Assembly: GCA_050946775.1 (NCBI GenBank)
Contig: JBMNVL010000001.1
Location: 3,229-67,228, forward strand
DNA from: Acutalibacteraceae bacterium
Lineage (GTDB): Bacteria; Bacillota; Clostridia; Oscillospirales; Acutalibacteraceae
Reading direction: 5' to 3'
DNA: 64,000 nucleotides
Position numbers and translations under genes: made by a program. A model generated the notes under the pieces. The model ran no database searches. It saw only the letters and a list, made by a program, of their open reading frames with translations, and was not told the DNA's origin. Shown in pieces: positions 54,484-63,640 of the stretch; position 1 is the stretch's first letter, and every line of letters starts with the position of its first letter.

Positions 54484-55743
54484 CTTGATCGTCTGCCAGT
54501 AGCTTTCAAACGCCTGCTCGTTTTTGTTGTCGCCGGGATGGTAGTAGACCCGATCCTTGATGGCGTCGGGAAGATACTGCTGTTCCACCCAGTGATCGGG
54601 GAAGGAATGAGGGTACAGATAATGCTGCCCCTTAACGGCGGCGTCCTCGCCGTCGTAGTGTTTGTTTTGCAGCTGCCGGGGGATCGGGCCGGTGCGGCCG
54701 GCCTTGACGTCGGCCATCGCCGCTTCGATGGCGAGGCATCCGGCGTTGGATTTGGGCGCCCGGCAGACCATGATCACCGCGTCGGCCAGCGGCAGCTGCG
54801 CCTCGGGCAGTCCCACCTGCAGCGCCGCGTCCACCGCCGCCTTGACGATGGGGATGATCATCGGGTAGGCCAGCCCCACGTCCTCGCAGGCGCAGACCAT
54901 CAGCCGCCGGCAGGCCGAGGGCAGATCGCCCGCTTCCAGCAGCCGCGCCAGATAATGCAGCGCCGCGTCGGTATCGGATCCCCGCATGGATTTTTGGTAA
55001 GCGGAGATGATGTCGTAATGCTCGTCGCCCTCCCGGTCGTACCGCATGGAGCTGCGCTGGGCGAGCTGCCGGGCGGTCTCCTCGGTGACCAAAACGGCGC
55101 CGTCGGCGTCGGGCGGCGTGGCCATCACGCACAGCTCCACCGCGTTGATCGCCTTGCGGACGTCGCCGCCGCAGGAGGTGGCGATGACCCGCACCGCCTC
55201 GTCGGCGGCCGCCACCGGTACGCCCCGTTCGCCCTGCAAAAAGGCAAAACCGCGGCGCACCGCTTTTTCGATCTCATCGGGCTGTACCGACTTGAACTCA
55301 AAAACGGTGGAACGGCTCAAAATGGCGTTGTAAACGTAAAAATAGGGATTTTCGGTGGTGGAGGCGATCAGGGTGATCCGGCCGTTTTCGATATGCTCCA
55401 GCAGGGTTTGCTGCTGGCGCTTGTTGAAATACTGGATCTCGTCGAGATACAACAGGATCCCGTTGATCCCGGCCAGGGTGTCGATCTCGTCCACCACCGC
55501 TTTGATATCGGCGGTGGAGGCGCTGGTGCCGTTGAGCTTGTGCAGCCGCATATCGGTGCGCTTGGCAATGATCCGGGCCAGGGTGGTCTTGCCCACGCCG
55601 GACGGGCCGTAAAAGATCAAATTGGGGATGGCGCCGCCCTCGATGATCCGGCGCAGCGCCTTGCCCTCGCCCAGCAGATGCTGCTGGCCGACCATATCTT
55701 CCAGCGTTTCAGGGCGCATGCGATCCGCTAACGGAGCCGCCAT
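54469..55743 (-). CDS. rarA: Replication-associated recombination protein A (AAA+ ATPase)
   Basis: 424 aa from ATG 55743 (RBS GGAGGTGA). ..MRPETLEDMVGQQHLLG.., Walker A GPSGVGKTT, ..LLYLDEIQYFNK.. Confidence 0.92.
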   Translation of the reverse strand: MAAPLADRMRPETLEDMVGQQHLLGEGKALRRIIEGGAIPNLIFYGPSGVGKTTLARIIAKRTDMRLHKLNGTSASTADIKAVVDEIDTLAGINGILLYLDEIQYFNKRQQQTLLEHIENGRITLIASTTENPYFYVYNAILSRSTVFEFKSVQPDEIEKAVRRGFAFLQGERGVPVAAADEAVRVIATSCGGDVRKAINAVELCVMATPPDADGAVLVTEETARQLAQRSSMRYDREGDEHYDIISAYQKSMRGSDTDAALHYLARLLEAGDLPSACRRLMVCACEDVGLAYPMIIPIVKAAVDAALQVGLPEAQLPLADAVIMVCRAPKSNAGCLAIEAAMADVKAGRTGPIPRQLQNKHYDGEDAAVKGQHYLYPHSFPDHWVEQQYLPDAIKDRVYYHPGDNKNEQAFESYWQTIKKKTK

Positions 55744-55766
55744 GCCCTCACCTCCCGTGGGTGTGA

Positions 55767-57017
55767 TCAGTAAAGCGGGTACCGGGCGCACAGGGCGTCG
55801 ACCCCGGCGCGGATGGCGTCCGCCTTCCCGTCAAAATCGGTGATCGCGTCGTGGATGAATCCGGCGATCAAATCCATATCCGCCTCGTTCAGTCCCCGGC
55901 TGGTGACGGCCGGGGTGCCCAGCCGCAGACCGCTGGTGACAAAGGGAGACAGCGGCTCGTCCGGGATGGTGTTTTTGTTGGCGGTGATGAACACCTCGTC
56001 CAGCCGGTGCTCCAGCTCCTTGCCGGTGATGCCGGTCTGGCGCAGATCCATCAGCATCAGATGGTTGTCGGTGCCGCCCGAGACCAGCTGCAGCCCGCGT
56101 TCGAGCAGACCCTGCGCCAGCGCGGACGCGTTGAGCCGGATCTGATGCTGATAGGCCTTGAATTCGGGCTTCAGCGCCTCGCCGAAGCAGACCGCCTTGG
56201 CGGCGATGACGTGCATCAGCGGGCCGCCTTGAGAGCCGGGGAAGATCGCCTTGTCGATCGCTTTGGCGTACGGCTCTTTGCACAGGATCAGACCGCCACG
56301 CGGACCCCGCAGGGTCTTGTGGGTGGTGGTGGTGACCACGTCGCAGTAGGGCACCGGATTCATATGCTCCCCGGCGGCGACCAGACCGGCGATGTGGGCC
56401 ATGTCGACCATCAGCAGGGCGCCGACCTCGTCGGCGATCTGGCGCAGACGGTCAAAGCGGATCTCCCGCGGATAGGCGCTGGCGCCGGCGACAATCAGCT
56501 TGGGCTTGTGCTCTTTGGCCAGCGCCTCCACCACGTCGTAGTCGATGCGGCCGGTCTGCTTGTCCACACCGTAAGGCACGAAGTTGTACAGTTTTCCCGA
56601 GAAATTGACCGGCGAGCCGTGGGTCAGATGGCCGCCGTGGGCCAGATCCATCCCCAGCACGGTATCGCCCGGCTGGATCAGGGCGAAATAGGCCGCCTGA
56701 TTGGCCTGTGCGCCGGAATGAGGCTGGACGTTGGCGTGGTCGGCGCCGAACAGTTTTTTGGCGCGGTCGCGGGCGATGTCCTCCACCACGTCGACCTCCT
56801 GACAGCCGCCGTAATACCGCTTGCCGGGATAGCCCTCGGCGTACTTGTTGGTCAGCACGCTGCCCATCGCCGCCATCACCGCCGGAGAGACGATGTTCTC
56901 CGACGCGATCAGCTCCAGATTGCGGCGCTGACGGGCCAGCTCCCGTTCCATCGCTTCACCCACGGCGGGATCGGCGGCTTTGACAAATCCAATGGTGTCC
57001 ATCATCTCGGCGTACAT
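55767..57017 (-). CDS. glyA: Serine hydroxymethyltransferase
   Basis: 416 aa from ATG 57017 (RBS AAGGAG). ..[36 protein letters not shown].., ..[14 protein letters not shown].. includes the PLP Lys. Confidence 0.95.
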   Translation of the reverse strand: MYAEMMDTIGFVKAADPAVGEAMERELARQRRNLELIASENIVSPAVMAAMGSVLTNKYAEGYPGKRYYGGCQEVDVVEDIARDRAKKLFGADHANVQPHSGAQANQAAYFALIQPGDTVLGMDLAHGGHLTHGSPVNFSGKLYNFVPYGVDKQTGRIDYDVVEALAKEHKPKLIVAGASAYPREIRFDRLRQIADEVGALLMVDMAHIAGLVAAGEHMNPVPYCDVVTTTTHKTLRGPRGGLILCKEPYAKAIDKAIFPGSQGGPLMHVIAAKAVCFGEALKPEFKAYQHQIRLNASALAQGLLERGLQLVSGGTDNHLMLMDLRQTGITGKELEHRLDEVFITANKNTIPDEPLSPFVTSGLRLGTPAVTSRGLNEADMDLIAGFIHDAITDFDGKADAIRAGVDALCARYPLY

Positions 57018-57149
57018 AGCATCGCGCTCCTTGTTCGTATAATTATACCTTATAGTAGCACATTTTCTGTAAAGTTGCAAGACAATATCGCACCGAAAAC
57101 AACGATTTGACAGGTTTCGACAGAGTGTGGTACACTATGGCGAAAAGGA

Positions 57150-57791
57150 GTGGTGACCATGACCAAAAAACAACGCGCAAATCGGGCGGTCGAGGTGCTC
57201 AAGGAGCGGTATCCCGAGGCGATCTGTTCGCTGACGTACACCGATCCGCTGCAATTGCTGATCGCCACCCGTCTGTCGGCGCAGTGCACCGACGCGAGGG
57301 TCAATATGGTCACCCCGGCGCTGTTCGCCCGCTTTCCGACGCTGGACGCCTTTGCCGACGCCGACGCCGGGGAGGTAGGGGAGTATATCCGCTCCTGCGG
57401 GCTGTACAAAACCAAGGCGCGGGATATCGTCGCCATGGCGCGGATGCTGCGGGACGAGTACGGCGGGGACTTTCCCCGCACGGTGGAGGAATTGGTCAAG
57501 CTGCCCGGCGTCGGGCGCAAGACCGCCAATCTCTTTTGCGGCGACGTGTACGGCACCCCGTCGGCGGTGGTGGCGGATACCCATTGCATCCGCATCGCCG
57601 GTCGGTTGGGGCTGGTGGATTCCACCGATCCGTATAAGGTGGAGCTGCAGCTGCGCCGTCTGCTGCCGCCCGACGAGAGCAACGCCTTTTGCCACCGCAT
57701 CGTCCTGTTCGGCCGGGACGTCTGCTCGGCGCGATCCCCGCAATGCGGGGCGTGTCCGCTGCGGGACGTCTGCCCGTCTAAGCAGGGATGA
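57150..57791 (+). CDS. nth: Endonuclease III
   Basis: HhH-GPD ..LVKLPGVGRKTANL.. C-terminal 4Fe-4S cluster CSARSPQCGACPLRDVC. Confidence 0.93.
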   Translation: MVTMTKKQRANRAVEVLKERYPEAICSLTYTDPLQLLIATRLSAQCTDARVNMVTPALFARFPTLDAFADADAGEVGEYIRSCGLYKTKARDIVAMARMLRDEYGGDFPRTVEELVKLPGVGRKTANLFCGDVYGTPSAVVADTHCIRIAGRLGLVDSTDPYKVELQLRRLLPPDESNAFCHRIVLFGRDVCSARSPQCGACPLRDVCPSKQG

Positions 57792-57811
57792 GAAAGGAAT
57801 AGACAGCAATA

Positions 57812-57848
57812 CTCCCGCCGGTGTGATGCACACCGGCGGGAGTTTTTT
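57812..57848 (+). terminator. Intrinsic terminator between the convergent nth and phosphoesterase genes
   Basis: CTCCCGCCGGTGTGatgCACACCGGCGGGAGtttttt. Confidence 0.8.
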
Positions 57849-60147
57849 AGTCGTGCAGGGCGTCGTTAACGCCGTCGCCCGAGCCGATATCGGCCGGGAC
57901 GCCGCCCGGTTGTTCCGCCGCAAACGCCCCGATCTTGCCGGTGGCGTATTGGAGGATCAGCAGGGCGTCGGCGGCGGTAACGCCGGATTGGCCGTCCACG
58001 TCGGCCGCCGTCTCCTGTGCGTCGGTCAGGGCGATCTTTCCGGTGGCCGCCTGCAGCGCCATCAGCGCGTCGGCCGCCGCCACGTCGCCGCTGTCGTCCA
58101 CGTCGCCGGGAATGACGGCGGGGGAGAGGACGATTTGGCGGGGAATGACGTAGGGCGTCAGGATCTCTTCACCGGCGTTTTCCACCCCGTAGTTTTTCAT
58201 CTGCAGCACGATCCGGTCGGTGTAAACGTAGATCATCAGCACCTGCACCACCTTGGAATCGTTCGGCCCGACGTGGACGTCCTTGGAAGTGCTGTAATAC
58301 CGCATCGACCCCATAAACGAGGTGATGAAGCCCGGCTGCGCCTCGTCGGCCGGTGCCTCCGGAGGGGATACCGACTCGATCACCGTCCGCCCGGCGCCGG
58401 CATCGGCCGGGACAAGACGGCGTTCGCTGCCCGACTGGCCGTTGCTGACCGCCGTCAGCGCCTTGCCGGAGGAGGCGTCGACAAAAAAGACGACGTCGCC
58501 GGCGTTCAGCTCGGTCACGGCGACCCATCCGCCGTCTTTTTCGGCATACACCAGGGTGTCGGTGGCGTTGCCCAGCGACCAGCCGCTGCCGCCGTAATGC
58601 AGATCGCAGTAGATATCCACCGCCGCTTTGCCGGTGTTGCGCCATTTCAGCGCACCGTTCCCGTCGCCGGCGCGGGCCGTCCAGTCGACGGCGTTCGCGG
58701 CGGTAAAGGCGTCGAGCGGCTGGACGTGCAGATTGCCGTCATACCCGAGATAGCCGCCGTTTTCGCTGACAAAGCGATAGACGTCGCCCTCTTTTTCCAC
58801 CGTGAAGCGGCCGGCTTTGGGCGCGCCGACGCCGCTTTGGGCGGTGCGGATGACGTCGATGGCGGCCATCCGTTCGCTGTTGATGGGGGAGCGCTTGTTG
58901 GTCAGCGCCCGGGTTTGATTAGCGGCGATGACGTATTCGCCGCCGTCCTTGATCCCGTCGGCTTCGACGTAGACGGTCGCGTCGCCTTCGGTAATCTTCT
59001 CATAGAAAGTCAGGGTGGAGGCGTCGCCGTGGGAATAGGTTTCGGTGTTGGTGCTGTAATGGACGAAACGGCCGCCGGTCACGTTTTGCAGGGTGTAGGC
59101 GCCGTTGGCGTTGCCGCCCAGCTTCCAGACCGACGGGTCGCTGACCGGCGCCAAATTGGAGGCGACGCCGAGATATTTGCCGTTTTCCACGCTTTGCACC
59201 AGATACCCTTCGCCGCTGGCGATCAGCTTCCATACCGCCGCGTCGGTCAGGGTGGGATCCACCGCCGGTTCACCTCCGCCGATCACCTCGCCGTGGGTGT
59301 CGTACTGGGTCACCCGCTGGGCGGTGTCCTCGTGGATGTGAGCGCCGTCGTGACCGCCGTGGTCGTGGCCGTACACGTAGATCAGGTTGGGATAGTTTTT
59401 GAAGATGTCGATCATCCGCCTGGATGACGCCGGCAGCTGCCCTTTGTCGGCCCGCAGACTGTTGGAGCCGGCGATGGGCAGATGCCCTACCGCGAAAACG
59501 GTTTTGTCGGCGCCGATGGCGGCCAGCTTTTGCTCCACCCAGTCAAAGGTGCCGTCGGTGTAGACGTAGTTGGTGTGCTGCAGCCCGCCGGCCAGCGATT
59601 CGTGGGAGGTGTTGATCCCGATGAAATCGAATCCGCCCAGCCGATAGTGATAGGCCAGCAGGTATTTTTCGCCTTGATAGGTCTCGTAATAGGCGTCCTC
59701 GTCCGAAAGGGCGCCGACGCTGTCCTTCATCAGCAGATCGTAATAGGGAGCGGAGTTGTATTTTTCCGATCCCTCGCCGGCGTTGTAATCGTGGTTGCCG
59801 GTCACCCACAGGACGTTTGGGGTCAGGGCGTCGGTCTGCGCCTTGACCTGCTCGAGAATGGACACCACCCGATCCCGGGAAACGTAACTGTCGCTGGTCA
59901 CGTCGCCGCCGATCAGGATAACGTCCACCTGGTCCTCTTCCTGCGCCATTTTGGTCAGGGTCTGGGTGATGGTGCCCCGGATATGGGGCGGGGTATCGGT
60001 CAGCAGGGTTTCCTGGTTGTGCAGATCGGACAGACAGGCGATGGTCAGCAGGGGCGTTTCCTTTTCGGCGACGCCGGACAGCGGCGCGGCCAAAAGAGCC
60101 CCGATCGACAGGACGACCACCATCAGCTGCAAGATCCGTTTTTTCAT
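57847..60147 (-). CDS. Secreted calcineurin-like metallophosphoesterase with middle beta-rich domains and a C-terminal dockerin-type module
   Basis: Signal peptide MKKRILQLMVVVLSIGALLAA. ..IACLSDLHN.., ..GGDVTSD.., ..VTGNHD.., ..VYGHDHGGH.. are phosphoesterase motifs. C-terminal GDVDDSGDVAAADALMALQ...DVDGQSGVTAADALLILQ. Confidence 0.78.
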   Translation of the reverse strand: MKKRILQLMVVVLSIGALLAAPLSGVAEKETPLLTIACLSDLHNQETLLTDTPPHIRGTITQTLTKMAQEEDQVDVILIGGDVTSDSYVSRDRVVSILEQVKAQTDALTPNVLWVTGNHDYNAGEGSEKYNSAPYYDLLMKDSVGALSDEDAYYETYQGEKYLLAYHYRLGGFDFIGINTSHESLAGGLQHTNYVYTDGTFDWVEQKLAAIGADKTVFAVGHLPIAGSNSLRADKGQLPASSRRMIDIFKNYPNLIYVYGHDHGGHDGAHIHEDTAQRVTQYDTHGEVIGGGEPAVDPTLTDAAVWKLIASGEGYLVQSVENGKYLGVASNLAPVSDPSVWKLGGNANGAYTLQNVTGGRFVHYSTNTETYSHGDASTLTFYEKITEGDATVYVEADGIKDGGEYVIAANQTRALTNKRSPINSERMAAIDVIRTAQSGVGAPKAGRFTVEKEGDVYRFVSENGGYLGYDGNLHVQPLDAFTAANAVDWTARAGDGNGALKWRNTGKAAVDIYCDLHYGGSGWSLGNATDTLVYAEKDGGWVAVTELNAGDVVFFVDASSGKALTAVSNGQSGSERRLVPADAGAGRTVIESVSPPEAPADEAQPGFITSFMGSMRYYSTSKDVHVGPNDSKVVQVLMIYVYTDRIVLQMKNYGVENAGEEILTPYVIPRQIVLSPAVIPGDVDDSGDVAAADALMALQAATGKIALTDAQETAADVDGQSGVTAADALLILQYATGKIGAFAAEQPGGVPADIGSGDGVNDALHD

Positions 60148-60200
60148 ACACATTCACTCCCGTCCGGAAATGTTCGCCCTCATTGTACCACATATTCCGG

Positions 60201-60252
60201 CAAAAGAAAAGACAAAAAGCAACCGCCCTCTGCCGGACAGGACAGAGGGCGG
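60201..60252 (-). terminator. Intrinsic terminator ending the repeat-containing non-coding unit
   Basis: The minus strand reads CCGCCCTCTGtcctgtccggCAGAGGGCGGttgctttttgtcttttctttt. Confidence 0.75.
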
Positions 60253-60695
60253 GGATTATAACGAAGTTTTTGGACTCACCTATTTCTGTAATGTATTTTA
60301 TATGGAATGGTGTGCATCTATATAAAATGCTTACTTACGGGGTAGGAAAAGTCGCTTTCGTTAGTCCATGGGACCCACCTTTTCGTTTAAGACTTTGGAT
60401 CTTGTCTTTATCGGGAAACCCCGATGCGTTAGGTCATGGGACTCAACCTTTCGTTTTTTCGGCGCTTTTCCGCAGGGTTTTGGCCCTGCCGCCGTAGAGT
60501 AGTTGTTGGAGTCGCGTTTTTCAGAACATGGGACTCACCCTTCGGTTAAGCTGCCGTCCTTGACGGGAGTTCCTGGCCGCATCCATGCACCAAGGCTTGG
60601 ATCTGCGGTTCAACGTCCGTGTACATGGGAGCCACCTCGTTTCGTTCCGGATTGATCCTCATGTGGAGGACCGGGACTCTTTCTTTCCCTTTCGT
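60253..60695 (-). ncRNA. Candidate ~440-nt structured or non-coding transcript carrying repeated SD-ATG units (function unknown)
   Basis: It is bounded by a near-consensus promoter (60703-60731) and a terminator (60201-60252). It holds 5-6 copies of (A)GGTG(A/G)GTCCC, four of them followed by ATG. Only a 26-codon ORF and three 2-codon ORFs are present. Confidence 0.45.
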
Positions 60696-60702
60696 CATCC
60701 AT

Positions 60703-60731
60703 AGTATAGCACGGGCATTTGACGATGTCAA
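60703..60731 (-). promoter_or_regulatory. Near-consensus sigma-70 promoter driving the repeat-containing unit
   Basis: Minus strand: TTGACA-17 nt-TATACT. Confidence 0.6.
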
Positions 60732-60810
60732 TAGGTTTTTTGAAAAAAGTTTATTTATTTTATGAACTTTTTATAAACCCCTGCTGACGTCGGCCGGGAG
60801 AAGTTTCCCC

Positions 60811-60839
60811 TTGACGGCGACGGCGGTTCGGGGTAAAAT
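60811..60839 (+). promoter_or_regulatory. Promoter of the DUF1292 gene
   Basis: TTGACG-17 nt-TAAAAT. Confidence 0.45.
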
Positions 60840-60904
60840 AAGGGTGCGGAAAAGAACGCGTGAAAGCATGCGTCAAACGCGACAAACAAAGGAGGCGATA
60901 CGCC

Positions 60905-61204
60905 ATGGCGGAAGAATTCGGCGCCGATCTGATGACCATCGTGGACGACGAGGGCAACAAGCATCAATTTGAGCTGCTGGACGCGATCGAGACCGACGAC
61001 GGGCGCTACGTGGCGCTGATGCCGGTTTACGATCAGCCGCAGGACGCGGTGGAGGATGACGGCGAGCTGGTCATTCTGGAAGTGACCGAGGAAGACGGCG
61101 AGGAATTGCTGGTGACCATCGAGGACGACGACGTTTTCAACGAGATCGCGGAGATCTTTGAGGAGCGGTTGAGCGATCTGTACGAGATCGACAGCGAGGA
61201 GTGA
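60905..61204 (+). CDS. DUF1292-family small acidic protein
   Basis: 99 aa from ATG 60905 (RBS AAAGGAGG). ..IVDDEGNKHQFELLDAIETDDGRYVALMPV.. is the typical DUF1292 core. Confidence 0.75.
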   Translation: MAEEFGADLMTIVDDEGNKHQFELLDAIETDDGRYVALMPVYDQPQDAVEDDGELVILEVTEEDGEELLVTIEDDDVFNEIAEIFEERLSDLYEIDSEE

Positions 61205-61416
61205 CGACGCATCCTGCCCTGTGCGTGGACCGCTGCCTTTTGACCCTACTACAGTTTTGATTCGGGAGCCCGGCTCCGGCGCCGGGATGCAGACCTCCCC
61301 GCTTTGGGCGGGACGAAGGGAGCGCGAACGCGCCGGGCGGCACCCACCTGTTACGTGTCGTAGCAGGTCACTTCGGCAGCATTACGGCAGGGCGGGATAT
61401 TGTTGTTAACAGAAAA

Positions 61417-61447
61417 AGGACAGGATCATCCGATCCTGTCCTTTTTT
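61417..61447. terminator. Bidirectional intrinsic terminator
   Basis: aaaAGGACAGGATCatccGATCCTGTCCTttttt. Confidence 0.8.
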
Positions 61448-61910
61448 ATATCGCTATGATCCGCCGGCCCTGCTTTTGGGCGTAGGCGACGGTGTAGGCG
61501 GTGCCGCCGGCGGGTGCGTCCAGACAGACGCACACGGTGCTTTCGTCCACCAGATGCCGGTTGCGCCGCTGCATACATCCCGGGGCGTACCGCTCCTGCA
61601 GCACGGTGATTTTGTCGGCCTGCCGCAGTATCCCGTCCCAGCGGCGGCGATCGCCTTCGTCCCACCGGGCGTTCCAGTCGCCGCAGGGAAGCACCGCGAT
61701 CAGCCGGATGGCGGGATGGATTCCCCGGCGGGAGAGCACCGCCCGGGCGGCCAGCTCGTCAAATCCCAGCGCGCCGCCGACGCCGAAGTAGCGATAGCCC
61801 TCGCCGATCAGCCGGTCGACGGCGGCGCACACCCGCTCGTAAAGCGCGGCGGGATCTTCCGGCAGGCGGCGCGGTCCGGTGAAGCAGACCGTCTTTTCCC
61901 GGGCGGTCAC
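61446..61910 (-). CDS. SLOG-fold / DUF1273-family protein
   Basis: 154 aa from GTG 61910 (GTGA overlap with the ABC gene stop). It is the C-terminal part of shadow track ORF 61446..63122. ..VCFTGPRRLPED..GYRYFGVGGALGFDELAARAVL.. and ..GGTAYTVAYAQKQG.. Confidence 0.6.
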   Translation of the reverse strand: MTAREKTVCFTGPRRLPEDPAALYERVCAAVDRLIGEGYRYFGVGGALGFDELAARAVLSRRGIHPAIRLIAVLPCGDWNARWDEGDRRRWDGILRQADKITVLQERYAPGCMQRRNRHLVDESTVCVCLDAPAGGTAYTVAYAQKQGRRIIAI

Positions 61911-63640
61911 GCCGATTCCTCCGAGGCGAACTGGGCGTTGTACAGCCGGTAATAGAAGCCCTGCTTTCGCAGCAGCTCCTCGTGGGTGCCGCTCTCCACC
62001 ACGTTGCCGTGGTCGAGCACCAGAATCCTGTCGGCGTCCCGTATGGTGGACAGCCGGTGGGCGATCACGAAGGTGGTGCGCCCTTCCATCAGCCGCCGGA
62101 AGGCCTTTTGGATCCGCTGCTCGGTCAGAATATCCACCGAGCTGGTCGCCTCGTCGAGGATCAGCATGGGCGGATCGAGCAGCATGGCGCGGGCGATGGT
62201 CAGCAGCTGTTTTTGCCCCTGCGACAAGCCGCCGCCGTCCTCGGCGAGAAGGGTGTCGTATCCCTGCGGCAGCCGCCGGATAAAGCTGTGGGCGTGGGCG
62301 GCGCGGGCGGCGGCCTCGATTTGTCCGTCGGTCGCGTCGGGACGGCCGTAAGCGATGTTGTCCCGCACGGTGCCGGCGAACAGCCAGGTGTCCTGCAGCA
62401 CCATTCCGAACCGGCGGCGCAATTCGTCCCGCGGCGGCGCTGTGACGGGCTGACCGTCGACGTAGATGGCGCCCCGGTCGGTTTCGTAAAACCGCATCAG
62501 CAGGTTGACCAGGGTGGTCTTGCCGGCGCCGGTCGGGCCGACGATGGCCACCGTGGTGCCCGGCTCGACCGACAGATCGAACTGCCGGATCAGCGGTTTT
62601 TGGGGATCGTAGGCGAAATCCACCCCCTCGAACCGGACCCGGCCCTGGGGCGGCGAGGGCAAAGCGGCGTCGCCGTCGGGGGATTGCTCGTCCTCGTCGA
62701 GCACCTGAAAGATCCGCCCCGCCGACGCCACCGCGAGCTGCAATTGCAGGGTGATGGCGGTGATTTCGTTGAAGGGCTTGGCAAATTGGGCGGTGTAGGT
62801 CAGAAAACCGGCGATGGCGCCGGGCGTCAGTCCCGCCAGAATGCCGAACACTCCCACCAGAACGTAGGCGACGTGGTTGACGAAGCGGGTGCTGGGATTG
62901 ACCAGCGCCGAGGCAAACTGCGCTTTCCAGCCGCAGCGGTACAATTCCTCGTTGATCGCCCCGAAATCCGCCGCCGCGGCGGCCTCGCGGCCAAACGCCT
63001 TGACGGTGCGCTGACCGGCGACCAGCTCTTCCGCCCGGCCGGTCAGCTCGCCCTGCACCCGGGTCTGCTGGGCGAATTTGCGGTGCCCGTAGCGGGCGAT
63101 GACGAAGCCCACCAAAAAGCACAGCGGGGTCACCAGCACCGCCACCAGCGTCACCCGGGGGTCCAGGGTGAGCATAAACGCCAGGGTCAGCACCACCGTG
63201 ATCACCCCGGTCACCAGCTGAACGATGCCCTGGTTGAGCCCGTCGGAAACGGCGTCGATATCGTTGGTAAAGCGGCTGATCATGTCGCCGCGGGAATGGG
63301 AGTCGAAGTATTTCACCGGCAGGCGGCCGAGCTTTTCAAACAGCTCCTGCCGCAGACGGCAGACGGTGCGGTTGGCCGCCAAATTGGCCAGCAGCGCCGT
63401 GATCCAGGTCAACAGACACCCCGCGCCCACCGTCAGGCTGATCAGCGCCAAAAGCTGGGTCAGCGTAGCCCCGGGACCGTTCGGCGCGCCGATGCGGTCG
63501 ATCGCCAGAGCGATCAGCCTGGGCGCCGTCAGCATGGCGGCGCTGCCGGTCAGGGCGCAGAGCACCGCGCCGATCAGCAGTCCCCGCTGACGCCCGACGG
63601 CCCGCAAAAGCCGGGGCACGACCCGCGATCGTTTGCTCAT
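61907..63640 (-). CDS. ABC exporter, fused permease/ATPase (MsbA/MdlB-like)
   Basis: 577 aa. Six-TM N-terminal half. Walker A GPTGAGKTT, signature LSQGQKQLL, Walker B ILDEATS. Confidence 0.9.
   Translation of the reverse strand: MSKRSRVVPRLLRAVGRQRGLLIGAVLCALTGSAAMLTAPRLIALAIDRIGAPNGPGATLTQLLALISLTVGAGCLLTWITALLANLAANRTVCRLRQELFEKLGRLPVKYFDSHSRGDMISRFTNDIDAVSDGLNQGIVQLVTGVITVVLTLAFMLTLDPRVTLVAVLVTPLCFLVGFVIARYGHRKFAQQTRVQGELTGRAEELVAGQRTVKAFGREAAAAADFGAINEELYRCGWKAQFASALVNPSTRFVNHVAYVLVGVFGILAGLTPGAIAGFLTYTAQFAKPFNEITAITLQLQLAVASAGRIFQVLDEDEQSPDGDAALPSPPQGRVRFEGVDFAYDPQKPLIRQFDLSVEPGTTVAIVGPTGAGKTTLVNLLMRFYETDRGAIYVDGQPVTAPPRDELRRRFGMVLQDTWLFAGTVRDNIAYGRPDATDGQIEAAARAAHAHSFIRRLPQGYDTLLAEDGGGLSQGQKQLLTIARAMLLDPPMLILDEATSSVDILTEQRIQKAFRRLMEGRTTFVIAHRLSTIRDADRILVLDHGNVVESGTHEELLRKQGFYYRLYNAQFASEESA

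Noticed and set aside
53778-54509. ORFs 53846-54409(-), 53983-54255(+), 54222-54509(-) and similar ORFs across 45867-46501 and 6852-7279.
   Set aside because: They run through the REP-like composite repeats. The shared peptide strings (..APRS.IGER.CATP.PGTARGP.., ..SPEESFIVIP..) merely reflect repeated DNA present in both orientations, and there is no RBS.
60546-60731. 61-aa ORF (MTSSNARAILWMTKGKERVPVLHMRINPERNEVAPMYTDV...) as a protein gene.
   Set aside because: Its start codon lies within or upstream of the predicted promoter (-35 at 60731-60726) and has no RBS. Only the internal 26-codon ORF from ATG 60626 has an SD, and even that may be incidental to the repeat.
61205-61407. Possible structured RNA downstream of DUF1292, a GC-rich region with several hairpins.
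   Set aside because: I recognise no promoter or known RNA motif. Its sequence flavour (..ccctactac.., ..cgtagc.., ..gggcgggatatt..) suggests a degenerate copy of the REP-like family, so it is mentioned under that finding only.
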